A stretch of DNA of 64,000 nucleotides from an uncultured Gemmatimonadaceae bacterium. Its GTDB lineage: Bacteria; Gemmatimonadota; Gemmatimonadetes; Gemmatimonadales; Gemmatimonadaceae. Position numbers and translations under genes: made by a program. Under the pieces are notes generated by a model that was given only the letters and a program-made list of their open reading frames with translations, was not told the DNA's origin and did not search any database. The stretch is from positions 22,262-86,261 of the forward strand of contig CAZCZO010000002.1 in assembly GCA_964503275.1 (NCBI GenBank), given 5' to 3'. Shown one piece after another: positions 37,582 to 47,851 of the stretch (positions are counted from its first letter, which is position 1; each line of letters begins with the position of its first letter).

Positions 37582-38247
37582 TCAGCGACCCGTCTTGCAC
37601 ACCCGGCGCACCGGACACACCTCGCAGCGCGCCACGCGCGCCGTACAGACCAGCGCCCCCAGCTCCATCAGCGCCTGATTGTGCGTCCACGCCGCCTTGC
37701 CCGTGCGCGGCAGGATGTGCTCCGCGATCGCCCAGAGCTTCTTCTGCCCCTTGCCGCTCTTGAGGTCCGTCCGGGGCGCGAACACACGCGTCAGGACGCG
37801 CGCCACGTTCGTGTCCACCAGCGCGGCGCGACGCTCGTAGGCGAACGACGACACGGCGCCCGCCGTGTACGCGCCGATGCCCGGCAACGCACGGAGCTCG
37901 TCGACCTCGGCCGGGATCACCCCGTCGCGCTCGGTCGTCACCTGCTGCGCCAACGCGTGCAGGTTGCGCGCCCGTGCATAGTAGCCGAGGCCTTCCCACG
38001 ACTCGCGCACCTGGGCGGGTGGGGCCTTGGCCAACGTGTACAGATCGGGGAAGCGCTCGAGGAAGCGCCCGTAGAACTCCACCACGCGCGACACCTGCGT
38101 CTGCTGGAGCATGAGCTCCGAGACGAGCACATGATACGGATCACGCGTGTGACGCCACGGCAGGTCGCGGCGGTGGCGCCGGAACCACGCCGCGAGTCGC
38201 TTCCGGAACTCCGCGGCGTCGGCCGTCGGCGGCAGCGCACGCGTCAC
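37582..38247 (-). CDS. mutY: A/G-specific adenine glycosylase MutY-like (HhH-GPD plus 4Fe-4S, short form).
   Basis: VSELMLQQTQV, GLGYYARARNL, and the C-x6-C-x2-C-x5-C cluster (CTARVARCEVCPVRRVC). It lacks the C-terminal MutT-like domain. The GTG start overlaps the vWA gene stop (GTGA). Confidence 0.75.
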   Translation of the reverse strand: MTRALPPTADAAEFRKRLAAWFRRHRRDLPWRHTRDPYHVLVSELMLQQTQVSRVVEFYGRFLERFPDLYTLAKAPPAQVRESWEGLGYYARARNLHALAQQVTTERDGVIPAEVDELRALPGIGAYTAGAVSSFAYERRAALVDTNVARVLTRVFAPRTDLKSGKGQKKLWAIAEHILPRTGKAAWTHNQALMELGALVCTARVARCEVCPVRRVCKTGR

Positions 38248-39521
38248 GAGGCCGACTTCGTCTTGCGCTTGAGGAAGTCCATCAGCACGAACTGCCCGAG
38301 CGACATGGTGTTCGTGAAGTACGCGCGCCCGCGGGCGATGGCCGAGACCTGCTTGACGAAGTCCACCAGCTGTCGGTCGCGCGCGAGCATGAACGTGTTG
38401 ATCACGATGCCGCTCTTCCGGCACGCTGCGACTTCGCGCAGGGTCTCCGCGTAGATCACCGGGTCGATCCAGCCGGAGTTCTTGTACGAGCGTCCGTCGG
38501 GCAGGGTGAGCGCGCTGGGCTTGCCGTCGGTGATCATGATGATCTGCCGCATGTCCTTCTTCTGCGCCATCAGGATGCGGCGCGCCAGTTTGAGGCCCTG
38601 CGCGGTGTTCGTGTGGTAGGGCCCGACCTGCGCGTGGGCGAGGGTCGCCACCGGGATCTCCTCCGCGTCGTCGTGGAAGAGGACGACGCGGATGGTGTCG
38701 CCAGGGAACTGGGTGCGGATGAGATGCGTGAGCGCGAGCGCGACCTTCTTGGCGGGCGTGAAGCGGTCCTCGCCGTACAGGATCATGGAGTGCGAGGTGT
38801 CGAGCATCAGCACCGTGGCACAGCTGGAGCGGTACTCGGACTGCCGCACCATCAGGTCGCGGTAGTCGATGTCGATGGGCACGTCGAGCGACCCCGTGCG
38901 TGCCAGCGCGTTGGTCAGCGTGGCGTTGACGTCGAGGTTGAGCACGTCGCCGAACTCATAGGGCTTGCTGCCGGCGTCCGACTCGATGCCGGTGGCCAGG
39001 TGCGGCGTATCGTGCGCGCCGAAGGAGCTCTTGCCGAAGCCCTGCAGCAGCGAGCGGAGCGTGCGATACCCCAGGAAGTCGATGCCGCGGTCGGTGAGCT
39101 TGAACTGCACGTCGCGCGCGGCGGACTTGGCGGCGTCGCCGACGGCTGAGTGACCGGCGGGGACCTGCGGCGCCTGCTCCGCGCTGATCATCCCCTCGGC
39201 CATGAGTTTCTGCACCAACTGGTCCAGCAGCTCGGCGAGCTTGGCCTCGCTGATCTCGTCGCCCTCGCCGCGGAGGGCATCGAGCATCTCCGGGGTGATC
39301 TGGCCGGAGTCGATGAGTGCGTTGAGGATGGCCTGCTTGAGCGCGTCGAGCGAGCGGTCCGCGTCGCCCTCCAGGTCCGGATCGCCCCACGGCGAACGGC
39401 CCGCACCACCGCCGGCGAAGCCCGACTGCAGCAGGAAGTCCGCGAGTTGGTCGAGCAGGGCCTGCAGGTCGACCGCGTCGGCCAGCTCGGGCGAGAACTT
39501 GGAGTAGCGGTGGGATCGCAT
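38244..39521 (-). CDS. von Willebrand factor A domain protein with an acidic helical N-terminal region.
   Basis: MIDAS-like DTSHSM ... ITDG within a vWA fold. The N-terminus is Asp/Glu-rich ([17 protein letters not shown]...[18 protein letters not shown]). Start at MRSHRYSKF (ATG 39521). Confidence 0.8.
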   Translation of the reverse strand: MRSHRYSKFSPELADAVDLQALLDQLADFLLQSGFAGGGAGRSPWGDPDLEGDADRSLDALKQAILNALIDSGQITPEMLDALRGEGDEISEAKLAELLDQLVQKLMAEGMISAEQAPQVPAGHSAVGDAAKSAARDVQFKLTDRGIDFLGYRTLRSLLQGFGKSSFGAHDTPHLATGIESDAGSKPYEFGDVLNLDVNATLTNALARTGSLDVPIDIDYRDLMVRQSEYRSSCATVLMLDTSHSMILYGEDRFTPAKKVALALTHLIRTQFPGDTIRVVLFHDDAEEIPVATLAHAQVGPYHTNTAQGLKLARRILMAQKKDMRQIIMITDGKPSALTLPDGRSYKNSGWIDPVIYAETLREVAACRKSGIVINTFMLARDRQLVDFVKQVSAIARGRAYFTNTMSLGQFVLMDFLKRKTKSAS

Positions 39522-39593
39522 AGCAGCTCGCCTCAAGAGTAACCCGCGGACGGCGGTCCGCGCGACGGTCACCCGCCCGCTCGGCCTCCAGCC

Positions 39594-40358
39594 TCAGTGC
39601 GTCGCCGCGCGGCCGTGCGACAGCGTCCGTATGACGCGAAGCGCGGCGAAGGTCTGCTCGGTTCCCCGGCTCGCCGCCACGCCGACGCCGCCCTGCAGGG
39701 CCCAGTCGCCGCGGCGCCCGTGCAGTTGCGGCATGATCCGGATGCTCGGGTTGTCGGTGCGGGGTGACTCCACATTGAACTCCAGACCGATGGTGGCGCG
39801 GCGGAACTCCTTGAAGAGCGTCGCATTCCCGAGATAGGACAGGTACGCCCCCGCGGGATCCGTGAGCAGCCCGTCCCCGTATTTGGCGCCTTGCAGGACG
39901 GAGAGCGACCAGGTGGGGGCGAATCGGAGCCCGCCCACGTAGAGCAGCGCGAGGTCGTAGCCGGCATCGAGCCCGGAGCGTTCGGCGATGATCTGCGCCC
40001 CGTGGATGTACCGCCCGGGCACGGGCGTCCCGAAGGTGAGCTGCGACATCAGCTTCACCGATTCCACGCGGTCGCGGTCCATGGCGAGTTCGAGCTCGAA
40101 CGCCACGCCGTCACGCCAGATCCACTCGATCTCGGGGTTCCAGTAGAACCGGTCGCGGTCGTTCCGGAAGTCATTGCGCACGAGCGCATTGACCTCGAGT
40201 TCGCCGCGCGTGGCGCCCAGCCCGCGGACGAGGTCGAAGAGCATGGGCTCGGGGACGTTCGGATTCTGCGCGGCGGCGGCGATGGGACCGAGCGCGAGGG
40301 GCAATACCAGTGCGAGGGCGCACGCGAGATGGCGGCCTCGGGACACAGGGGTCGTCAT
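39594..40358 (-). CDS. Hypothetical secreted protein (possible beta-rich/outer-membrane-associated).
   Basis: Start at MTTPVSRGRHLACALALVLPLALGPIAAAAQ (signal). Alternating hydrophobic pattern. Confidence 0.5.
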   Translation of the reverse strand: MTTPVSRGRHLACALALVLPLALGPIAAAAQNPNVPEPMLFDLVRGLGATRGELEVNALVRNDFRNDRDRFYWNPEIEWIWRDGVAFELELAMDRDRVESVKLMSQLTFGTPVPGRYIHGAQIIAERSGLDAGYDLALLYVGGLRFAPTWSLSVLQGAKYGDGLLTDPAGAYLSYLGNATLFKEFRRATIGLEFNVESPRTDNPSIRIMPQLHGRRGDWALQGGVGVAASRGTEQTFAALRVIRTLSHGRAATH

Positions 40359-40457
40359 GGAGTGCGGGCTGTGGGGGGGACACGCGGTGACGTCGAACCG
40401 ACGCGACCCCCCTGCTACCCCGTCGACCACTAGGTGTTCATGCCGCCCGGCGATCGC

Positions 40458-41426
40458 TCAGCGGAACACCGTGAACAGGTACACGCCGTAGACCCCCAGC
40501 AGCAGCGCTCCCTCGCCCCGGGTGATGACGAATCCCCGCCGCATGATGGGCAACAGCATCAGCGCCACGCCAGCCATCCACCAAGCGTCGGTACTCACGG
40601 CGGCCGCGTCGACTTCGAGTGGCGAGATCAGCGCGACCGTCCCGAGGATCCCGAAGAGGTTCATGATGTTCGACCCGATCACATTGCCGAGTGCCATCTC
40701 GCTCTGACCACGGCGCGCCGCGGCGATGGACGCCGCGACCTCGGGGAGCCCCGTGCCGATCGAGACGATGGTGAGGCCGATGACGCGCTCGCTGAGGCCG
40801 GCGAGCTCCGCGAGGGTCACCGCGCCCTTGAGCAAGATGTTGCCGCCGCCGACCAGCAGCACGATCCCAACGGCCAGCAAGCCCAGCGATGGTCCCAGCC
40901 GCTGCAGGCGTCCTGAGAACGACCGCACCTGCACTTCTTCGGCGAGGTCCGAGGCCTCCTCGGCCTGCAGGTCGTTGCGTGCGATCCGCACGACGAAGGC
41001 CGTGAAGATGACCAGCGCGAGCACGAAGAACAGCCCCTCGAGCCGGTCCAGCCGTCCGTCGCGGATCAGCAGCAGGCATTGCAGGGAGGCCACGAGCATC
41101 ACCGGCCACTCCAAGCGCACCACGTTGCCGTGCACCCGGATGGGCTGGATGAGCGCCGTGAGGCCGAGCACCACGCAGATGTTGAAGACGTTCACCCCGA
41201 GCACATTGCCGATCCCGATGTCGGCGTTGCCGCGCAGGGCCGACGTGGCGCCGATGGTGAGCTCGGGCAGCGAGGTGCCCATGGCGACGATCGTCAAGCC
41301 GATGACCGCCGGCGACATGCGCGCGAGCCGCGCGATGACCGTGGCGCCGCGCACCAGCAGGTCGGCCCCCGTGCCCAGGAGGACGATGCCCAGCGCGACG
41401 AGCGCGAGCGAGAGGGTGGCGTTCAC
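40458..41426 (-). CDS. Ca2+/cation antiporter (CaCA/YrbG family).
   Basis: Two alpha-repeats (GTSLPELTIG... and GTGLPEVAASI). The GTG start overlaps the GNAT gene stop (GTGA). Confidence 0.85.
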   Translation of the reverse strand: MNATLSLALVALGIVLLGTGADLLVRGATVIARLARMSPAVIGLTIVAMGTSLPELTIGATSALRGNADIGIGNVLGVNVFNICVVLGLTALIQPIRVHGNVVRLEWPVMLVASLQCLLLIRDGRLDRLEGLFFVLALVIFTAFVVRIARNDLQAEEASDLAEEVQVRSFSGRLQRLGPSLGLLAVGIVLLVGGGNILLKGAVTLAELAGLSERVIGLTIVSIGTGLPEVAASIAAARRGQSEMALGNVIGSNIMNLFGILGTVALISPLEVDAAAVSTDAWWMAGVALMLLPIMRRGFVITRGEGALLLGVYGVYLFTVFR

Positions 41427-41977
41427 GCGCCCGGCAGCGGGCGCAGATCCCGGCGTCGGAGGTACTCGACCGTGGGGAAGCCGAGGCGCTCCCAGGCCAG
41501 ATTGGCGTGTACGTTCTCGGGCGTCGAATGCAAGCGGATCTCGGTGAGGCCACGCGCGCGGCACCAGGTGGCCGCCGCGTCGACGAGTTGGGTCAGGATG
41601 CCTTTGCGGCGCTGTGACTCGATCACATAGACCGAGGCGATGTACCCGAAGCGCGCAGGCCGCAGCAGCGGCGACCCGCGCCCCTCGATACACCGCAGCA
41701 TACCCACCGGTTGCTTGCCGAGCATCGCGATCATGGTGATCTCGCGCCCTGAGGCCAGAAAGAGTGGCGTGGTGCGCACCGCCCGTTCTTCGGCGTCGTC
41801 ACGGAGTCGCCCATAGATGGGATTGTCCGCGTGTTCCTTGAGCAGCGCGATCCGGAAGCGCACGATGGTCTCGATGTCGTGCAGATTCGCCGGTCGAATC
41901 ACGACGCCGGAGGCCGGGAGGTCGGTACTCGGTCGGGCCCGGGAGGGGCGTGAGCTGCGGGGAGCGCGCGAGGCCAC
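41423..41977 (-). CDS. GNAT family N-acetyltransferase.
   Basis: The acetyl-CoA binding motif-A-like region is ...QRRKGILTQLVDAAATWCRARG... Confidence 0.75.
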   Translation of the reverse strand: MASRAPRSSRPSRARPSTDLPASGVVIRPANLHDIETIVRFRIALLKEHADNPIYGRLRDDAEERAVRTTPLFLASGREITMIAMLGKQPVGMLRCIEGRGSPLLRPARFGYIASVYVIESQRRKGILTQLVDAAATWCRARGLTEIRLHSTPENVHANLAWERLGFPTVEYLRRRDLRPLPGA

Positions 41978-42048
41978 GGTCCGAAACTACGCCCAGGATC
42001 GATGTCCGCCAGAGGCCGGGCTGGGCCGGGAGCCGCGCCGCGCCCGGC

Positions 42049-43518
42049 TCAGCCGAAGTCCTCGAGGTCGTCGCGGCCACCCCGGCGGCGGCGGGGTGGC
42101 TCGGGGGCGCGCCCGTAGAGCCCCGCATCGCTGCGGCTGAGCTTCCGCCGCGAGACCAGCGCCTCCAGGATCAACTCGGCCGCCGCGACCACCTCGCCCG
42201 GCGTCCCGCTGCCACCCAGCCCGGCCTCCTGCACGAGATCGAGCAGGGTCGGGATGCCCGTGAAGGCCTTGAGCAGCAGTGCCGACGGGGCGTCCTCGGT
42301 GACTTCGAGCGCGTGGCCGGCATCGAAGTGCATCACGATGTCGTCGGTGGGCAGGCTGTCGGTCTCGGCCGAGAGGGTCGCGTCGGCGGCCCGCCGGATC
42401 AACTCGCGCGCGATCGGCGCCGCCCCGACCAGCTCGCCCTCGTACTCCAGCTCGAGTTTGCCCGTGATGGCCGTCAGCGCGGCGTACAGGTCCGACAACC
42501 GCGGGACCGCCTCAGCCTCACCGTGTTCCAGAGCGCGGCGCTCGGCACTGGAGACGACGTTCTCAAGGAGCGTGATCGGCAAGCGCTGGGACACCCCCGA
42601 ACGCTTGTCGATGCGACGGTCGCTGCGCGCCTCGAAGGCCACCCGCTCCACGACATCGCGCACGAGGTCGGGGATGCGGACGGGCAGCGCATCGCGGTCG
42701 GTCCATGCCTCTTGTGTCGTGATCGCGACGCCGAGCTCCACCGAGAGCGGGTAGTGCGTGATGATCTCGGAGCCGATGCGGTCCTTGAGCGGCGTGATGA
42801 TCTTGCCGCGCGCGGTGTAGTCCTCCGGGTTCGCCGAGAAGACGAGCAGGACGTCGAGGGCGAGACGGACGGGGTAGCCCTTGATCTGGACATCGCCCTC
42901 CTGCATGACGTTGAACAGCCCCACCTGCACCTTGCCCGCGAGATCCGGCAGCTCATTGAGCGCGAAGATGCCGCGGTTGGCGCGGGGCAGCATGCCGTAA
43001 TGGATGGTCAGCTCGTCCGCCAGGAGATGTCCCCCACGCGCCGCTTTGATCGGGTCGACATCGCCGATCAGGTCGGCCACGGTGACGTCGGGCGTGGCGA
43101 GCTTCTCGACGAATCGTTGATCGCGGTCCACCCAGGCGATGGGCGTGTCGTCGCCGGCCTCGCGCAGCAGTTCACGGCCGTACTTGGAGATGGGCGCGAA
43201 GGGATCGTCGTTGATCTCGGAGCCGGCGATCACGGGGATGGTGTCGTCGAGCAACGTCGTGAGCGCCCGCAGGATGCGTGACTTGGCTTGCCCTCGGAGT
43301 CCGAGCAGGATGAAGTTGTGCCGCGAGAGGATCGCGTTGGCGATCTGCGGCATCACTGTGTCGTCGTAGCCGAGCACGCCCTCGAACAGCGGCTGTCCGG
43401 ACTGGAGGCGGCGGATGAGGTTTGCGCGGAGCTCGGCCTTGACCGAGCGGTGGCGGCGCGTGGGGTCGGCCCAGGGGGATGCCTTGAGGGCGGCCAGTGT
43501 CGTGGGGAGGGTGGTCAT
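42049..43518 (-). CDS. ChlI/BchI-like AAA+ ATPase (Mg-chelatase subunit I family) with a degenerate Walker A motif.
   Basis: FEGVLGYDDTVMPQIANAILSRHNFILLGLRGQAKSRILRALTTLL aligns to the ChlI N-terminus, but the P-loop reads GLRGQAKS (Ala in place of the conserved second Gly). Start trimmed to MTTLPTTLAALK (ATG 43518). Confidence 0.75.
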   Translation of the reverse strand: MTTLPTTLAALKASPWADPTRRHRSVKAELRANLIRRLQSGQPLFEGVLGYDDTVMPQIANAILSRHNFILLGLRGQAKSRILRALTTLLDDTIPVIAGSEINDDPFAPISKYGRELLREAGDDTPIAWVDRDQRFVEKLATPDVTVADLIGDVDPIKAARGGHLLADELTIHYGMLPRANRGIFALNELPDLAGKVQVGLFNVMQEGDVQIKGYPVRLALDVLLVFSANPEDYTARGKIITPLKDRIGSEIITHYPLSVELGVAITTQEAWTDRDALPVRIPDLVRDVVERVAFEARSDRRIDKRSGVSQRLPITLLENVVSSAERRALEHGEAEAVPRLSDLYAALTAITGKLELEYEGELVGAAPIARELIRRAADATLSAETDSLPTDDIVMHFDAGHALEVTEDAPSALLLKAFTGIPTLLDLVQEAGLGGSGTPGEVVAAAELILEALVSRRKLSRSDAGLYGRAPEPPRRRRGGRDDLEDFG

Positions 43519-43678
43519 CACGGGAACAATGCGCGGGGGGCGGGTGGGGTGCCAAGGGGGGATTAGTGCGGGGGTATTCCACGGGAACAAGCGAAACTGG
43601 GGGAAGGGCGGATAGGGCGGGTGGGTCCGTCGGGCGGGATCCGCCGTTTCCGCGGTTTCGGATGCTTCTGTGGACCCT

Positions 43679-44071
43679 TCACTCACTCCGAGCCCGTCCC
43701 ACGAAGCGCCGGAACTGTGGGCGGGCCGCGCCAAAGTTGAGCAGCAGGCCGACCTGGACGCCGGTGGCGAGCAGGTAGTTGACCACTTGTCGTCCGTGGG
43801 CGTCGTGCATGGTCTCGACGGCCTTGAGTTCGACCAACACGCGGCGTTCAACGATGAGGTCGGCGACGAATCGGCCTACGGGGTGCCCGTCGTAGTACAC
43901 GGTGGTGGGGCACTCACGGACGTACTTGACGCCTCTCGTGGTCAGCTCTACTGCGAGGGACGCCGCATACACGGACTCGAGGAAACCGGGGCCGAGCTGG
44001 TTGTAGACGCGGAAGTACGCGCTCAGGACGGTGGCGGTGACATCGGCGTGGAGCAAGTCAGCGGTGGTCAT
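43679..44071 (-). CDS. GxxExxY family small protein.
   Basis: [43 protein letters not shown]... contains G-F-L-E-S-V-Y. It is the only real part of the 614-aa track ORF 43679..45523. Confidence 0.7.
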   Translation of the reverse strand: MTTADLLHADVTATVLSAYFRVYNQLGPGFLESVYAASLAVELTTRGVKYVRECPTTVYYDGHPVGRFVADLIVERRVLVELKAVETMHDAHGRQVVNYLLATGVQVGLLLNFGAARPQFRRFVGRARSE

Positions 44072-44094
44072 GCCCCCCACGCTGCACCCACCCG

Positions 44095-46185
44095 TCAACG
44101 CAACGTCACTTCCACCTGGTTGTCGTAGAACGTGGCGCCACCGCCGAGGTCGGTCTCGCGCTGGCTGGTGGTGGCGTTGGCGTTCTGGCCGTCGGCGGCA
44201 TACTTGAGCCACCAGATGCTCGGTGCCCAGACCACGCCGCGCCGGATGCTGTCCTCGACGCGCGCCGTCACCGTGAAGGCGCCGCGGTCGTTGCGGATCT
44301 CGACCTGCGCACCGGTCGTGATCCCGCGCGGGGCGGCGTCGTCGGGGTGGATGACGCAGTCCGGCCCCGGGACACTGCGGCGCAGCTTGTCGACGTTCAC
44401 GAACGTGGTGTTGAGGAACTGGTGCGCCGGCGACGAGATCAGCGTCAACGGCCAGCGGGCGACCAACGCCGGATCGCGCTCGGCACTCTCGTACGGCGGG
44501 ATGTAGGTGGGAAGCGGGTCCATCCCCAGCGCGGCCAGTCGTTCGCTGACGAACTCGCACTTGCCGCTGGGCGTCGGGAATCCGCCGTGCGCGTAGGGGG
44601 CGTAGCGCGGCGGGACATTCAGGCGCACCCATCCCCGTTCCAGCAGCCGCTCGAAGGTGACGCCCTGCATACGCTCGTGTGTACTGGCGAGCGCCTGCTC
44701 GACGAGTGTGCGGTCGCTGTCGCGAAGGCAGGGGTCGGTCAGTCCCATCGCCGCGGCGAGACGGCGGAAGATCTCGGTGTTCGGCAGCGCCTCGCCGATG
44801 GGCGCGATGGCCGGCCGATTCAGCGACGCGTAGCAGTGTCCGTACGCCAGATGCACGTCGAGGTGCTCGAGCTGCGTGGTGGCCGGAAGCACGTAGTCGG
44901 CGTAGTCGGCGGTATCGGTCTGGAAGTGCTCCAGCACCACCGTGAACAGGTCCTCGCGGCGGAGGCCTTCGCGCACGCGCTCCAGGTCGGGCGCGACGGC
45001 GGCGGGGTTGGAGTTGTACACGACCATCGCCATCACCGGTGGCCCGCCCACGCCGGCGTCGGGCAGCGTGAGCGCGTCGCCGAGGCGGATCATGTTGATG
45101 GTGCGCGCGGGCGGGCCGAGGTCGGGGCGCTGCAGCGCGGCGGTGTCGAACTTGAAGTTGCCGCTGGTGCTGAGTTGCACGCCGCCGCCCGGGTGCCGCC
45201 AATGGCCCGTGATCGCCGGCAGGCAGGCGATGGTCCGCACGGCCATGCCACCGCCCGCGTGGCGCTGCAGCCCGTAGTTGATGCGCACGAAGGCCGCACG
45301 CGCCCGGCCATAGCGCCGTGCGAGGTCGACAATCACCGCCGCATCGATGCCGGTCGTGGCCGCCGCGCGCTCGGGGGGCCACTCGGCGGCGCGGGTCCGC
45401 AGCGCGTCCTCGCCCAGCGTGTACTGCGCGAGATAGTCGCGGTCCTCGAGCCCCTCGGCGAACAGCACGTGCATGATGCCGAGGGCGAGCGCCGCGTCGG
45501 TGCCCGGACGGATGGCGATCCACTCGTCACACTGCGCGGCGGTGCGGGTGCGGATGGGGTCGATGCAGATGACCGTCGCGCCCGCCTCACGGGCCCTGGT
45601 GATGAAGGGCCAGAGATGCGGGTTCGACGTGAGGGTGTTCGTGCCCCAGAGGATGATGAGGTCCGACTCCGGGACCGAGTCGGTGTCCGCGCCGATGGAC
45701 GCGCCGACGGTCATCATCATGCCCACCTTGCCGGCCGTCGCGCAGATGGTGCGATCGAGCCGCGAGGCGCCGAGCGTGTGGAAGAGCCGGCGGTCCATGG
45801 ACTCGCTCTGGAGCAGGCCCATCGTGCCCGCGTACGAGTACGGCAGGATGGCCTCGGCCCCGTGGGTCGCGATGACCTGGTGCAGCCGTGCGGCGATATC
45901 GCGCAGAGCCTCGTCCCATCTCACGGGCGCGAACTGACCGCTGCCCTTGGGTCCGACGCGGCGCAGCGGTCGTGTGAGCCGGTCGGGATGGTAAGTGCGC
46001 TCGAGGTAGCGGTTGACCTTGGCGCAGAGGAATCCCGCGGTGACCGGGTGGTCGGGATCGCCTTGGATGCGCACCGCGCGGCCCTCTTCGACCGTGACCA
46101 GGGTGGCGCAGGTGTCGGGGCAGTCGTGCGGGCAGGCCCCGCGGACGATGCCGGTGTCGAGCAGCGGGAGGGTGGCGGTCGCCAT
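44095..46185 (-). CDS. Molybdopterin oxidoreductase (DMSO reductase superfamily, cytoplasmic NasA/FdhA-like).
   Basis: N-terminal 4Fe-4S motif [11 protein letters not shown], a molybdopterin-binding core, and a C-terminal MopB beta-barrel. No Tat signal. Start at [12 protein letters not shown]. Confidence 0.85.
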   Translation of the reverse strand: MATATLPLLDTGIVRGACPHDCPDTCATLVTVEEGRAVRIQGDPDHPVTAGFLCAKVNRYLERTYHPDRLTRPLRRVGPKGSGQFAPVRWDEALRDIAARLHQVIATHGAEAILPYSYAGTMGLLQSESMDRRLFHTLGASRLDRTICATAGKVGMMMTVGASIGADTDSVPESDLIILWGTNTLTSNPHLWPFITRAREAGATVICIDPIRTRTAAQCDEWIAIRPGTDAALALGIMHVLFAEGLEDRDYLAQYTLGEDALRTRAAEWPPERAAATTGIDAAVIVDLARRYGRARAAFVRINYGLQRHAGGGMAVRTIACLPAITGHWRHPGGGVQLSTSGNFKFDTAALQRPDLGPPARTINMIRLGDALTLPDAGVGGPPVMAMVVYNSNPAAVAPDLERVREGLRREDLFTVVLEHFQTDTADYADYVLPATTQLEHLDVHLAYGHCYASLNRPAIAPIGEALPNTEIFRRLAAAMGLTDPCLRDSDRTLVEQALASTHERMQGVTFERLLERGWVRLNVPPRYAPYAHGGFPTPSGKCEFVSERLAALGMDPLPTYIPPYESAERDPALVARWPLTLISSPAHQFLNTTFVNVDKLRRSVPGPDCVIHPDDAAPRGITTGAQVEIRNDRGAFTVTARVEDSIRRGVVWAPSIWWLKYAADGQNANATTSQRETDLGGGATFYDNQVEVTLR

Positions 46186-46269
46186 ACGTCGTGGAAAGAT
46201 AGTCAGCGCCGTGACACTTCTGGGCGGGCGCTCCGTAGTGAACCCGACCACTCACCCCGGAGCAGCCTG

Positions 46270-46602
46270 ATGTTGATGACCACCACGCCGACCATCGAAA
46301 CGCACACCATCGAGCAGTACCTGGGGGTGGTGTCGGGCGAGGCGATCCTCGGCGCGAACATCTTCAAGGACTTCTTCGCCGGCATCCGCGACATCGTCGG
46401 CGGGCGCTCGGCGGCGTACGAGGAGGAGCTGCGCAAGGCGATGGCGATCGCCTACGACGAGATGCAGGTGGAGGCCCGGGCGCTGGGCGGGAATGCCATC
46501 GTCGGGGTGGACCTGGACTTCGAGAGCATCAGTGTCAGCCGGTCCGGGTCGATGCTGATGGTCACGGCCTCGGGGACGGCGGTGCGGATCGCGCCGAAGT
46601 AG
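46270..46602 (+). CDS. YbjQ/UPF0145 (DUF74) family protein.
   Basis: ...[62 protein letters not shown]... matches the YbjQ pattern. Confidence 0.75.
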   Translation: MLMTTTPTIETHTIEQYLGVVSGEAILGANIFKDFFAGIRDIVGGRSAAYEEELRKAMAIAYDEMQVEARALGGNAIVGVDLDFESISVSRSGSMLMVTASGTAVRIAPK

Positions 46603-46675
46603 ACGGTCGCCGCGGGGATCCTCCGCGCGGGCGCGCCGTTCGATTAACTTCCCGCGCGTCCTCCCGCCCCCACCC

Positions 46676-47851
46676 ATGACGCTCGCAGAGTTCCACCACC
46701 CGCCGCGTTTCCCGCGTGGCTTTCGCTGTGCCAGCCGCCACGTCGGCCTCAAGCCCGAGGCGCGCGACCTGGCGTTGTTCGTCTCAGAGGTCGATGCCGC
46801 CGCCGCCGCGGTGTTCACGCGCAACCAGTTCCCGGGGGCGCCGATCATCCTGGGCCGCGAGACCATCCGGGGTGGGGTGCTGCGGGCGGTCGTCGTCAAC
46901 AGCAAGGTGAGCAACGTCGCCACGGGGGCGCGTGGTGTCGAGCATGCCCGGCGCATGGCGGCCGCGGCCGCGACGGAGCTGGGGACGACGCCCGACAAGA
47001 TCCTCGTGAGCTCCACCGGGGTGATCGGCGTGCCGCTGCCCATCGAGAAGATCGAGCGTGGGTTGCCCGGGATCGCGCTGGACCTGACCGACGATCCGCT
47101 GGTCGGCGCGCTGGGCATCATGACGACGGACTCGCACCCCAAGGCTCTGTCGCTGAGTGTCGGCGAGGCGACGATCACCTGGGTGGCCAAGGGCTCGGGG
47201 ATGATCGAGCCGAACATGGCGACGATGCTGGCCTACATCTTCACCGACGCGGCCCTCGATGCGGCGACGCTGGACCGGCTGCTGCGCGAGGCGGTGGACG
47301 ACTCGTTCAACATGTTGTCGGTGGACACCGACACGAGCACGTCGGACACAGCGGCGCTGCTGGCGAACGGGCTGGCCGGCGCGGTGGACGAGGCCGCGTT
47401 CGCGGCCGCGTTGCGGGCGGGCTGCATCCGCATGACCGAGATCCTCGCGCGCGACGGCGAGGGGGCGCAGCATCTGATCCGCGCCACCGTGCGGGGTGCC
47501 GCGACGCGCGATGATGCACGGCGCATCGCGAAGTCGCTGGTCAACTCGCCGCTGATCAAGACGATGGTGCACGGCGCGGACCCGAACGTCGGGCGCCTGC
47601 TGATGGCCGTGGGCAAGTGCGTCGATGTCACGATCGACGCGAGCCGCACGGATGCGTGGATCAACGGCCATGTCGTGGTGGAAGCGGGCGCGCGCGCGCA
47701 CTTCGACGATGCGACGGTGCGCGGGACGCTGGGCCGGGAGGTCGTGGATCTCGAGGTCGCCCTGCATGTGGGGGCGGCCTCGGCGGTGGCCTACGGCTGT
47801 GACCTGACGGCCGGGTACATCGAAGAGAACGCGGCGTACTACAGCAGCTAG
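46676..47851 (+). CDS. argJ: Bifunctional ornithine acetyltransferase / N-acetylglutamate synthase ArgJ.
   Basis: The ATML autocleavage motif lies in EPNMATMLAYIFTDA. Typical length. Confidence 0.9.
   Translation: MTLAEFHHPPRFPRGFRCASRHVGLKPEARDLALFVSEVDAAAAAVFTRNQFPGAPIILGRETIRGGVLRAVVVNSKVSNVATGARGVEHARRMAAAAATELGTTPDKILVSSTGVIGVPLPIEKIERGLPGIALDLTDDPLVGALGIMTTDSHPKALSLSVGEATITWVAKGSGMIEPNMATMLAYIFTDAALDAATLDRLLREAVDDSFNMLSVDTDTSTSDTAALLANGLAGAVDEAAFAAALRAGCIRMTEILARDGEGAQHLIRATVRGAATRDDARRIAKSLVNSPLIKTMVHGADPNVGRLLMAVGKCVDVTIDASRTDAWINGHVVVEAGARAHFDDATVRGTLGREVVDLEVALHVGAASAVAYGCDLTAGYIEENAAYYSS

Noticed and set aside
43679-45523. 614-aa ORF in the track.
   Set aside because: Only the last roughly 130 codons (the GxxExxY protein at 43679..44071) are coding. 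The rest overlaps the molybdopterin oxidoreductase in another frame.
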